Shown in pieces: positions 12,401-25,500 of a stretch of 64,000 nt of DNA. The DNA comes from Paramecium tetraurelia. Lineage: Eukaryota. The translations under genes and the position numbers were made by a program. The notes below the pieces were generated by a model, which saw only the letters and a list, made by a program, of their open reading frames with translations, ran no database searches and had not been told where the DNA came from. How positions within the stretch are numbered: the first letter of the stretch is position 1; each line of letters begins with the position of its first letter. The stretch spans positions 124,001 through 188,000 of the forward strand of contig CT868492.1 of assembly GCA_000165425.1 (NCBI GenBank), written 5' to 3'.

Positions 12401-15112
12401 GTCTTAGACATTTGATTCTCCTATTTGGGATTGCTTAAGTAGATCTTCTTCTTCCTCTTTTATGCGTTAATAGTCCTCTTCTTGTTTCCTCACGTACTCC
12501 TGATATTCGTAATCATCAACCACTCTTTTCTTGAAAGGCAATTCTTGTGGAATATTTAAATCAATTTTGTCAAGATCAAATGGTTCATCCTCCTCATTGG
12601 CATTGGCTTCCTTAATTTGTGCCAATCCAAGGGGTTTTTGCTTTTCTTCTAATTTCTTCATCAATTCATTTTCTTCTTCATCTGACTCATCAAATTCAAC
12701 TGGCATTTGCTCTCCAGGCTTCAATTTCAATTTGGTGTAATATTCTGCAAGTATCCTGGAGAGTTAAATGGTCTAGACACCCAAAAGCTTAGGTTTGTCT
12801 GGCAACTCTTGATTCCACACATAGCAATCAATGACAGGTGAGAAATGCTGATTTTTGGGGACATCCACTGAAATTGGGATTAGTCTATTGATGTTCACAC
12901 CCTTCTCCTTCACTTTCTTGTAATCAGTGTAGATGGGATCGTAATCATCACCACTGATATCGAAGGAAACAGAAACATTGCTTGGTGTAATATTTGAGAC
13001 CATGTCCTCGAAGTTACGCAATCCAATGCAGAAGAGATTGAGGTCCTGTTTGGCGCAATTAGGATAAATACTCTCATCAGGAATAAGATGTGCCTTCTCC
13101 TTGGGAATAATTGAATATGCTAAGAGTATTTATCCTTAGACTTCATCAGTTGCATCATACCTTATATTGTACCATTTAGGTTTTTTGTAGAACATATCAA
13201 CAATCTCACTATCGGTCTAAAATTGCATCTTTTAGGGTTCCAGAGTGATCCATATTCTCCCAATCAAATCATAAGAGGCCTTGTTGTCTTCATCCAGATC
13301 CTAATCGAAAACCATTACGAACATTCCTGAAGGCACTATGACTTCTTAGTCGAAAGGATACAATTTCACATCCAATTTTAGGGTTTCGTACCAACCAGGA
13401 TTCAACGTTTATGTACAAGCCTTGGATTATACGATTTGTCCTGCACACCTTATCTTCACTAGGGGATCTGAAGTACCGGTAGCATCTGCAGGAGGGATGT
13501 TTCTCCCTAAATACAAATAAACTCTCAATTGATAATCTAGTTTCAATTGAGCATTCGGTTTATAGGGTTCTCTCTTTCCTGGCATATTACTCATTAGTTG
13601 AATGTTAGCAAAGAGAAACCCTGGAAATTCATCATCTTTCACCAAATCCAATGATCTGTCCTCAGTCATCTTAAATATTTGAGGACGTAGAGGAATATCC
13701 AAGTAATCTTTGGGTTTCAATCGAATGAAACTGTGTCTTCGATCCTCAATATTGTCATCTGCCATATAAATGATAATGTCTGGTATTTCAGTGACAGTTT
13801 TGGGGAATAGTACCTTCTTGTCTGGTAGATTTTCATAGAACATGCATGATCCATCCTAAACAGTGGCAGGTTGACTGACCAATAGATATGGTCCCATTTT
13901 GACTTGAATGATGGATTATTTCCGAATTGGGAATTCGTGTCCTTCAAGCAAGTCTACTCTCAATATATATCCCTTTTGTTCTGGAACTGGCATAGGGTTC
14001 TCTGGGAATCTATAGATTAAATCTTCTTTGAAGGTTTTGGCATCCCTTTGATCGAAACGACAAATAGTGAAACAGATTCTTCCCCTGTAATGAGAACCCA
14101 TCGTCATTCCAAATAGATTCATCATGTCGGCCTTTTTAGACTCTCCCCGTAGAGGAGCACCATAGAGATTGACCCACATTGGTTGTGATTCAAATTCAGG
14201 GATGGACTTGAATGGGAGTTGGAAGGTCCCAACCAAGTCATCATCTCCAAGAAGATCATGATCATAAACGCTGATGTCCACGAATTTGCTTTGATTGGGA
14301 AGCATACAAGCCAAGTTCAATTGTTGATACCATTCTGGATTACGACTGGTGACAACTTTGGATTTGATTTTGGAACCGCCATATTTAACAACCACATAGG
14401 CATCGATTTCAGCTGCTGTCATATCCAGAGGAACCATGTGTTCACCTTTGAGTAGATTGATTCGGATGCAATGAGGCCATTATTGGATCTTTTTGGGAGT
14501 CAATGTTGCTCCTTTAGTGGCATCTGCTTTTTTTTCAGTGGCCACATCGTGAACAAATGGTTCATCATTAGGGCCTAATACCATTATATTACACAACACA
14601 TATCCCATAGTTCCTTCTCGTTCATCGGTTGGATCTGAAAGGGCTAGGTACGTTCGATATAATTCATGATGTAAGCTGAAATACACACTACTGAGATCCA
14701 ACTCATATGATCCGATTATTTTATTGCCCAAGAGTGGATTCTTACGATCAATTGCAGCCACAGTTATGGTAGCTGATGACAATTGGGCCTTTTTCATGTC
14801 ATTTAATTTGAATGAGATCAACTAGTTGAAAATGGGACTTAATTGATTCTTAACAACTTTAGTTCGTTTCACTTAGCCACATACAGTCAACTCGACGAAT
14901 GCATTGCAAGCAGTGCCTTTAGACGAAAGCAGCCCAATGCCTGCAAACCCGGAAATGCTAAAGAATATTGCACATAACATACGTGGGTATGAGATCATTG
15001 GCCTCCAGCACTCTAATTTGAACTGAATAGTCACCCTCAATCATTTTGTAGGTCTAGAATAAGACTATGAATTTACTTTGATTTCTTCCTCATCTTTTTT
15101 TTGTTATGCCAT
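9437..15112 (-). CDS. Ferlin-family multi-C2 tail-anchored protein with a long Gln/Glu-rich insertion
   Basis: Several C2 domains (DAYVVVKYG...RNPEWYQQL...VYDHDLLGDDDLVG; DATGTSDPLVKI). Ferlin-type C-terminal C2 segment TDIHWRCRAKGSFNWRIK...IWDKDIVGSDELIG. C-terminal TM helix, TGA at 9437-9439, ATG at 15112 followed by two short introns. Confidence 0.9.
11300..12200 (-). repeat. Low-complexity Gln/Ser/Glu-rich coding tract inside the ferlin gene (approximate limits)
   Basis: Runs of TAA/CAA/TAG codons on the minus strand, e.g. KQQSQQQSQQQIEQQQRQQ near 11760-11820. Confidence 0.85.
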
Positions 15113-15169
15113 TTGAAATAAATGTTATTATAAATGTTTTATATTAATATATCCTTATTATGATAAATT

Positions 15170-16338
15170 TCATGTTTTCACAACTAAGCTGGGAATCTGA
15201 TCGATATTAGCATAGGAATAAATATGCTGCACATAAGGTCCCTTTGTAAAAATATCAGAATCCGTCAGATCCTCAGTTTGCCATTTGATCAGAGGGTGAT
15301 CAATGACAGGAATCGAATAATGATAAGTCTGAAACAGTTTGGCTTCCTTGGTTGAAATGGATATAGTGTAAGTCTTGTTGGGTAACAACTTTATGGGATT
15401 TCTGAATTCAATAAAATACAAGTGGCCATCCACTACTTGCAATTTATCATGTTCCAAGACTTTGTGTTATTTGAAGATGTATTTGGTTAGATTGGTATCC
15501 TCGTGCAGTTTATATATCAATTTGGGAGTCTTGACTTGTGAGTCGTAATTAGTGGAATTATAACTTCCCTTATACAGTATTGGTTAGAAGATTCCAATCA
15601 AATACAACTGCTTCTCTCTCACTTGAAACACATTGGCTCGAATGGTGGATTTGTCAAAGATACTGGGCTTACTCTGTCCGTCATCAGCTAACATTAAGGA
15701 ATTAATGAAATAAACATACCTATCCACACTTTACGCAGTCTCTCCACTCTCTCAGTTTTTGTGTAGAATGTGCTATTAACACAATCCAATTGATCTATCA
15801 TTGACTTCTAAATGTTGGGTATTTTGTCTTGCAAGTAGGATGTGAGTTGTACCAATTACTACTTACTCTCTTTTTCCTTTAAATTGATTTGGTTATTTTA
15901 AATGTTTTATTGTTGATTGATTAAGAACAATCTCAGTTCTTTTATGTCCTACTCGTTGAATTGGTTCAGACTCTGCAGAAACTTGTACCCTTAATCATTC
16001 ATTTTTTGGTCATTCACCAACTTCAATATGAGCAATCTCAATTCGTCCTCCAATTGGTTCAATCTATCCTCAATTGCAGTTTTAAAACTTCTAAATACAT
16101 TGAAGGCTTCCAATCCCTATTTGTCCTGTATGATCTCATTCACATTGGTATGACGTTTTAGTAACTTGTCAATCTGTTTCATGTAAATAATGTGAGTCGA
16201 ATGAGTCAAATGGAGTTTAATACAATTCTGGCAAAAGTATTACTCTTCCTTGCACTCCTGATTCAGACAGATATTGGAAATGGGTGCTTGGGGATGCTTT
16301 GTGCATTTAATCTTCTGAAATTATTCAATAAAATTCAT
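15170..16338 (-). CDS. B-box-like zinc finger + coiled coil + PHR-like C-terminal domain protein (~378 aa)
   Basis: N-terminus CTKHPQAPISNICLNQECKEEQYFCQNCIKLHLTH. One 32-nt intron restores the frame. C-terminus FIEFRNPIKLLPNKTYTISI...IDQIPSLVV resembles the PHR consensus (F..P..i.pn..YT; GQIP.L). Confidence 0.7.
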
Positions 16339-16945
16339 TAATTTTAATTATTCAAGAATTATTCAATCATACACAAATCTGACTCTTGCATATCTATTTA
16401 TGAACTCTCCATTATTTTCCAGTTTGGAATACTGAAGTACTTCCCAGAATATAAATTCTTGTTTATCAACTGCAAATCCTTAAACCATTGCTCCTTCCTC
16501 ATATTGTACCTCCACCCTCTCGTGTATCTAAATACGCTATGCATGCTTACAGATTTTCCACAGCCCATATCTACTATTCTTCATCCATCACATTATAAAA
16601 TATGTAGAAATTGGTTTCCTCAGAAAACTGACTGAACATCTCCTTCTTCCTATTCACACTATTCTAACGAGGCATCAACTTTTGCTTAATCCAGTCATGA
16701 GGCTTCGAAAGAGGATCTGGTTGAGTCGCATTATCATCTATAAATGGTGAAATAATCTTCGTTGGTTGTCCAGGTAATCTAATCTAACCCTAATCATACT
16801 TGTTATCTTAAACAGACATTCCCAATTCATCTAAATTCATCCCATTCCATAACTTAAAAATTGCTTTATCCTTGTCCTTCTCTTTCTCCGATACTTACTT
16901 TTGAAGCGCTGCAAAACCATACTTTAATTTAAATTCCTCGTCCAT
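16335..16945 (-). CDS. NOT2: CCR4-NOT complex subunit NOT2-like (NOT2/3/5 box)
   Basis: GMNLDELG...FSEETNFYIFYNVMDEEQQIWAVENL|YTRGWRYNMRKEQWF...YFSIPNWK matches the NOT-box. Two short introns. First in-frame TGA at 16335-16337. Confidence 0.85.
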
Positions 16946-17390
16946 TAGTTTATAAATATAATATAAATATAATATAAATTTACAAATAATAATAAACAAT
17001 ACAAAATTAAATCAATGCTCTCTCTATCCCTTTAATATTATATTTAAGGGATTTCTAAAAATAACTTAAAAACATATATTAATTATATTCCTTAAAAAAT
17101 GGTATACCTCTCAACTCTGGAAGATTGTTATCAAATATTATGGTAGAATTGATAAAATGCAATGAGCAATCAAATAATATCAATTTTTCTGGATTGGATA
17201 GAAGGAAGAACTTTTATAAGGAATATTTATTATAGTATTTTGTTTTGAAAAGTGAAGAAAGGAGTCCATTTGATTTACAGGTATAACGATCTATGTTGCA
17301 ATTTGTTAGTCTTTTTGTTCAAATTTAAGATTGAATTTATAGTATAATATATTGAAATCATAAAGTGATTCTACTTATGAATAAGTTTTC

Positions 17391-19314
17391 TCAATCGATT
17401 CTTTTTAGAAGGGCTGTTATTGTCAAATCTAATTCATGCAATGAATGTAAATAACTAAATATAAATTATTTATACTTGGAGTTCAATGCACTTATATCCT
17501 TTTTATTCATCTAATTAAACCCATTGGTAATTCTCAACATATCTGATACACTCACATAAGCTGTCTGCTATTTACTAAATGAATTCTAGGTCTCTTTCCA
17601 ACAATTTGAATCAAATTGCACAAAAGGCTATGAGGACGATCTTGGAATGTACGATGATGATTCGTAATTGAGTCTTGATAATTATTGAGTGTTTTCAGGC
17701 TTTTAAACTGTCTATCTCAATTGTGTGCTTTTAAGAATAAATTCCAATTATTTTTAAGCATTGTTTCTTTTCGGAGTCTTATCCGTCGTTTTATTTATCT
17801 TAGCTGATGTTACTTCTCGAATATAGTTTCGAAATTCGACTAGCTCTTCTTTTTGTAATTGTGGATACATTGAATGTAGTCGTTAATATAAAAATTAATA
17901 ATTCACACTTTTATCAGGCTTACTCATACACCATCTTTACTATCACAGTTGGAGGTATCTTATCTTCAAAGATTAACTACTACAAGGTTTCTTTTGAGAT
18001 GGCTTATGGCCTATGAATTTAACTAACGATATCCATTAATATTTGATCACTTAAAGCATGATCCTTTCCATCTATTCGCTAAGCCAACAGTCTAAGTAAG
18101 CCTTGGATCTCTGTAAACGGAATCTCGTTTCTCTCCGATCCCATAAAGAAATCAAATGTGAATTTCATATATTCTTCAAAGGTGCCTTCCTGGAACACAA
18201 TCAATTTATAGAAATGTTTAAAAGAAGTGAATGTCATAGAATCACTTTTGCAAAATGCCCATACAACTCTCTCCACGATCTCATCTTCCTTTCTTATTAA
18301 ATCCCAAAACACTTAACAATATGTTAGGAATGTATCCTTTTTAATGGAAATATCATCTTAGACCTTCTCAACTTCTGATACATCCAATAGCACCTAATTA
18401 GATTTACCAAAGTCTATTGGATCGGTTGAGTTGCTCTACCTTGAATTTTTAACTACAAATTGAGGAGATATTTGAGAATTGGGAGTAGGCTAGTTATTGG
18501 TTTGTTTAAGCTTCTTCTTATGGAAATCTTAGATACTTTAATAATGGCTGATGGAGGAGATGGTACCAAATTATTGTAGTCGCATTTCTGCCCTCTTGAA
18601 ACCAGCAGAGAAAACTAATTGGTCATAACCTATTAATATATTCCATTCCTTCACTAAATCCAATTCCTTTGTTGTATTATTCTTTATCAATCGCACTAAA
18701 TTCTCTCTGTATAAATATTTGGGATTGCCTTTTTATCTTTCAAATCTCGTGTTTTTATCATAATCCAAATAAGTTCTTAATCTTGGACCAAAACCCTTTA
18801 AATTTTCATTTATCAACACCACATTTTATGCGTTTTATTCTATTTCCTAGGATATTGTGGCTTCATCAGTCCGAGATGACTTATATAATCTGGGCTATGA
18901 TAAGAATGGGGATCTCCAAGAATCCTACAGCGGATTTCTTTCATTCATTACTTAGACCTTCTTTTCCAACTTTTTCAACTCCTTACACCTATATTCACTC
19001 TGCTGTAAAGGATGAAGACCTTTTAATGCCTTCTCAAACAATAATGTGGGTTTCGATGGTAATTATGTATAATGTTTTAAGAGATCATTTCTCGAAAAAT
19101 CCGAATTCTATATACTCTATTAAGCATCATCCTGTAAAGTAGTAGTAACTAAATCTATCAATTACTTTTGAAAATTCCTCTTTTCTACAATTGCTTCTAA
19201 TTTTCTTTCATCATTAAATTTTGATCTTTATGGAGAACTAAGCAGTTATTTTGATTAACTCTGAATTTTTAATTTTGGTAAAACCGGTTTCATATTGGTT
19301 TTGTTTTAGAGCAT
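17391..19314 (-). CDS. Uncharacterised protein with a central degenerate EF-hand-like (NCS/calcineurin B-like) region
   Basis: Long frame in code 6 from ATG 19314. Segment VVWAFCKSDSMTFTSFKHFYKLIVFQEGTFEEYMKFTFDFFMGSERNEIPFTEIQGLL resembles an EF-hand pair. Intron structure not fully resolved. Confidence 0.6.
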
Positions 19315-19566
19315 AGTATTTAGTTGAGAAAAAGCAATATTTGATTATATTTATAAAATGAATTAAAAATATGCACAATTATGATAAATTCAGCCTATTT
19401 ATGATGTATCTTTCTGATTATCAATACATATAGATTGTAAAGTATGGTACTAATTTAAGAGAGATAATTATAAGATATTTTTATTAAATCTAATAAAATT
19501 GGATGGTTATTAGAATTATATTAAAGGAATGCAATAATAATTCTTACATATAAATAATTATTATAT

Positions 19567-22500
19567 TCAATAGGATCCAAATCCTTCTTATCCATATTCA
19601 ATTGCTTTTTCCATTTTTTTCTTTAAATCTTCATAAGTCTTATAGTATGGAAGAGTTAATTTATAAAAACATGTTTACGATCTTGGTAAGTGTGTTTCAT
19701 TCATTGTTTCTAAAAATTCAATTTATATAGTAGGCTTAGCATTCCAAGGCAGATAAGGAGATCCTGTTAGGAATTACAGAAAATCTTGTAATTATTCATC
19801 TTCTAATTGGTTGATAAACTTCTAGAAAAATTAAATCAGTTAATCAGATCCATTTATGTATATCATTAATTCTAAGACTTTTTCAGGTTTTATTTCTGAA
19901 GATCCCACAGTCAATGTGTGCATTTCTGTAGCATCAAAACAATCCATCAAAAGCTATTAATTAAAATATATATCTACCTGTCTATTTAAGACTGTATCGA
20001 AACCTTCAATGATGTTTTGAGTAATAGCTTAAAATTTTCCAACAATTAAATAATCTGCTAACTTTTAGAGATACCTCTCTGTATTATGAATTGTGACTTA
20101 TATTTTATATCCATTAGGGATTAAATTAATAATGTGAGTACCTTATGAGTGTGTAAACGTAATACAAAGAGAATCTATATCCTCTTTTGTCATCTACCTC
20201 AAACTTTTTATATTTTTAAATTCAACATCATCCATAATGCCTTCAAGGTCTTCAAAGACGATTGGTTTATTAAATATTAATTTCCAAAATTAATGGGCAA
20301 ATGGTACTCCTATTATTTCCTTATTTAGTATTGAATTTGCTATTAACTAAAATAGTATTATAATTAATTGTTACTTTTCCAAATGCTATAGCATATTATT
20401 CCTTTTCTTTATCTGGCTAAAATTTGGGTGAAAAAAAGTATGTTTAACTCTTAGCATTTAACCGAAAAAATCCATTTGATTGACTTTTCATCAACTCACC
20501 AACTTTATTATAAAATTCCCTTCTTAATCCACCATCATCACTTCCTTATTCACCTGAACGAATATATGTAATCTTTAGTGGACATTTTAATTATTAATCA
20601 GCCAACTTCTGCACCATCTTTGCGAAATTAACTCTTTCGATCTTTAATTCTTTAAAGACTTATGGAAATTTTAGTTTTTGATAAAACTTGATAATTCTCA
20701 TCTCCAATGTAAGTCCTTCCAAATGAAAAGTACATTCTACAATAATATATATATATATATACCTGATTCTAATTAGTCTAAAAGGGAAATCTTAATTGTA
20801 ACATCCTCAGGTTGATGCTAAATAAAATCAATTTAAACAAATTTAATATTTATAGTGATGGTTCCTTCTTTACCTGGACCGTTTATTTCAACTATAGATT
20901 CTGAAAATTGACTTTTGGTTGTAACTATTGGTTACATTTTATTCAATTTTGATTCAATATTTCCATAAATATTATTAAAATGATCTCTCAATTTTATAAT
21001 ATATTTAATAGTTTGATATAATGTGAGTGTCTGTATTTTTTCAGGTAAAATGATTTCACACCTTCTATAATCAACCTTATTGGCTAAGACTATAAAATGG
21101 CCATCTATCTTTTGGTCTCCTAAGAATAAATTATAGATGCCTTTGATTATAGGTTGCCATTTAAACTTAATTCCTAATGTTTCTTTGTATACTTTGGGAA
21201 ATATCTGAATCTATTAATATTGCGAATGCACAAATAGTGCATTCTCACATGCAATTTAAGCACTTGTTATGTCCTAAAATTCAATAAAATCAGTTCTCAT
21301 CTAGCCACAAAATGATGCAACACTTATTTAATTAAAAGTCAATGTATTAATCGTATTGTTGTTTTATAGATCCAACAAATCATACCTAGCTTGTAATAGA
21401 TTAGATTTCTTGAAAATTTAAGGTCTTTGATCAATTCCTTTTTATAAAAAATCAATTATTTTCCTATTTTCCTCCTTCAAAGACACTAATTTTTTCTAGC
21501 TAAAGGAAATTGGTTTATAAATCTCATTTTCCTTATTACTTTCAATCAGAATTCCAATGTGACATAATTTATTTTGATTTTACTGCATTGTCTTTTCAGG
21601 ATCAAACTAAATGATTATTGAATTTGTGTAATTCTAATTAGATAAAGAACTTATTAATAATTCGGGTGTTGTTGATCTGATTTTTACAGAATCGACTCCT
21701 TAAGCAATTAATTCAACCAAAGCAATATTCGTTGTTATTAATCTAGTATTGACCTTCAGTTTATTAATGTATCTTTTATAATAATTTAAAGAACGCTTTG
21801 TATTTTTCTTATTTATTTGCATTTTCACTTATATCGCATTTAATTAAGTATCTAAATCAATCCGCTCATTTAAACCAGAAACCAAAAAATAAAAAGATTA
21901 GCCAAAAAACTATCTGTTAATATTCTGTTTAAAATATTGATATAAAGGAATATACTTCTACTAACTCTTAAATGTAATCATAGCTTAAAACACACCTTTA
22001 CATTAGAAAAATAAAAGACCTCTTTCCTATTCTTTCGGTTCTAATCTCCATTCTGAAACTTATAATTTAGAGAAGTCTTTAGATATAAACAAATTCTTCT
22101 CCTCCTTTTTTAATTATGGGTAATACTAATTTTCCTTCAAGATCATCAAATTCTGAAGAATTTAGCAATTCAACAAGTGACTATCAACAGATAATTTCTC
22201 GTATTTAATCTAGCCTTAATAAACACAATTATTTAAGTAATCCAAAAGGAATTCATCAAGACTAAAATCTTTCAACAAATTATATGATATGACTATTTGT
22301 TTCTCTTATCTTTAAATTTGATATAAATATTTTTCTTAGTAGTTTTCTTACAACAAAAAAGTAAGTTTTTTATCATTTCTTAACAACTATTTTATTTGCA
22401 TCAATTAGAATAAGTACTTAGTAAGAAGAATGGTATTGGCTATGTTATTCATTAAATATGGCGAATCATCCTGTTGATATAAAATATCATGCTGTTCCTC

Positions 22501-25500
22501 CTTGTTATTCTAAGAGGCTAAGCTATTCATTCTTAGTGTAGAATCATTATCTTATAATTAAATTTCATACTGTTCATCCTTAATAATCAAGGAGGTTATT
22601 CCGAATTTCTCATATTGAACAATTAAATTTGAAATAAAGAAACTTATATCTGATTTAAGTGGTTGTTTTTAATCCAAAAATTTGTAAATTTTCAAAATAC
22701 CATTTGAAAATTATGTATTTTAATCCTTTTAATCTAACTCAAAATGAAATTCTATCTATTTTACAATTTGACAAAATATTCTCTCTTTCACTTGAGTTAA
22801 AGAGGAAACATCAAAAAGATAAGAAAGGGAATTATCAATTTGAGGAAATTGCTTTTCTTCACAAAATTCTTTGAATCCTAATTCAAAAATCTCAAAAAGA
22901 TTATTATGAGCGAAAAACTGTTCCAAATAAAAGGAAGGATTTTTGTTTAACTTATCATCAAAATAGATTTTTATGACTATTTTGGACATCTCCTTAATTC
23001 TTTGAGTAAATTTATTGAGTGTTTTAATGTACTTTTATAACCTTTAATTTGAATCAAAATAACAAGCAGTATTAAAATTACCTATACTTAATTTTTCCAA
23101 TTTGAAATCATCATTACTAATTGTAATATATATATCATTGCTCTCTTAAACATGATTTGATTATTATTGATCTTCAAATCTAAAATTATAATTAATCTAA
23201 CTAGGAATGATTGGAATGATTTAAGTTAGTGCAAATTTATCATAAGTAGATACTAAATTTTATCCAAATAAATTATCCAACAATTACTGTTTTTATTATT
23301 CGTTCTCAATTTATTAGATCATAGCAATTTTTTACTAAAATTTCTTTTCATGACACGTCAATATGTTTCCATTTTAATCTATAAACAGTATATTCAAAAT
23401 TTCATTATTGAAATTTTATTCAATTGGCCATTTTGATCTAACCCAAATAATAGACAATATATCTTCAAAAAGAAGATTTAAAAGCTCTCCTTATTTCCCA
23501 GAACCATTCATTTTTTTGGGACTTTATTATTTTGCAGCTTCATCATTTTAATCTCCCTTCTAAATATTCATTCTAAATTTGCCATCTATGTCATCAACAC
23601 TTAAGGCTGTTGTTTGATCCTTAAGAGAATAAAAATACAACAACTAAGAATCTTAACAAGAAATTAATTAGCAAGGTTCAAGTTTCATTGAACCATGTTA
23701 TTAAAATAAAACCATACACATATCTCCAGGCTTTGCTATTTATTAAAAATAAGTTGGTGTGAGTTAGAATCCAAATTAAAAGCTTACGATTTTGTAAGTT
23801 GAAAACTTACTTATTTTTTGAAGAACTTTGCTTTTGCTAGACCTAATTGCCCTTCGATAATTTTGCTATGTTGATTATTGAAGATAATTATTTTATCGTA
23901 TAGATTACAGTAGTATTGATAATTGAACTTCAAATAACTATTCAAAAGATTAACTCTTTAATTGTTCGAATAATGATTTACTAACCTTTTCCATAAAGAA
24001 TTCTTTTAATCTCAATAATTCGTTTTGAAGTTAATTTTGTCTCTCTACTTTAATTTACCTATTAGTTATCGCTTTTATTTCTATTATTTTTTCTTCATAT
24101 AATTGCTTTAATTAAGTATGATTCACAATTATGGAAACATCCTTATTTACAAAATAACCTAATTTTTTAGAAAATAGTTATGTGTAAGTATCTATATCTA
24201 ATCTGTTAAATAAATATCCAACCAAATCTGCAGGTTAAAATAAATCAAAAAAAAAGTCAGACTCATTAATTACATTGTATAAGTGGAACTTTATTTCTGC
24301 AGCTTTAATTATAGATGACTTGTTGAATTAACTGCGCTGAAACTATTTAGAATATTAAATAGACTTCTTTAATTGTTTATCTTTTCTTATAAACACATTT
24401 AGAGTAATGATGAGTATCTTTTGATAAATTTGATATTCTGTTTCTTAAAATTAAAATATTTAATCCAAAAAATAATTGCTATCACTTTAAGTTTCATATT
24501 GAGAGACAGGTTTTTCTTAGAATTCTACATAAATGTGTGAAAAGAGGTTTGTAATTGTGGGTAAAGACATAATATTTCTATAAATTATTTAGGCCAAGAA
24601 CATTTATAAAAGTTTCCATTAACAGATAAAATCTATTATAGTAAAAATATCAATATTTAAATTATCTGCAAAATAAGTATTTAAAATGCCTCTAGCTAAA
24701 ACTTAAAGTACTGATATCGAATTTATTCTCCATTAGATAGAATCAATCTCAAAATCTGAAAAACTTCTAACAGTATGTATAAACTTCAATAATTTTTAAA
24801 AAATAAATTATATAGCATAAGGAGTGAATTAAATTTCTTAGAAAAAGAATTTTTCATTTTCAATATAGTATGGAATAGTTATTGTCCATTTTTCATACTT
24901 TTCAGATTTGATCAACTCTTATAGGTTATCGTGATATTATTTAAACTTATAAATTAAAAAATCCAATGATGCCTTTGGATTATATTATTCAAGGTATTCT
25001 TGACGTGATAATTGTTGTAAAAATAGATCTGTTGATTACGGATAATTGAAATGATAAAATTCTATAAATATTGTAGTCTATTCACTAGTGTATCTGGATT
25101 TATATTTGTTCATTGGTAGGAAAGCTTTGACAATTTTAAGGTTTTATTTGAATTACTTTTTGCCAACAGTATTTTTCCCTTTTTCCTTTTTAGGTATTAC
25201 TGTTGATTGTTCCACTGCTTTATCATCGTTATCTAAATTTTTATGAGGAACTTACAAATCGCTTATTTTATAATTTTCTTGGTTATCTCCTAAAGGCTCA
25301 AGAAGGTGTTTAAAAAATATGATACTCTCATAAATTCCGCAGGGTATTATTTTTATCTATTTTTATATTGATTTAGAGTATCTGCTTTTTTAACGTTAAT
25401 TTTTTTCCTTATTCCTATTATTTGTAATTGGATTTGGATTTTTATTGCCGGGCATTTTTAGCTTCATCCCTTTCATTTTAATTTTACCATTATCTTTTTT

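Noticed and set aside
18669..19142. 157-aa plus-strand ORF and similar antisense ORFs (10800-11189, 12531-12740, 40865-41047, 62700-62903)
   Set aside because: Antisense shadows of genuine minus-strand genes, with no recognisable motifs.
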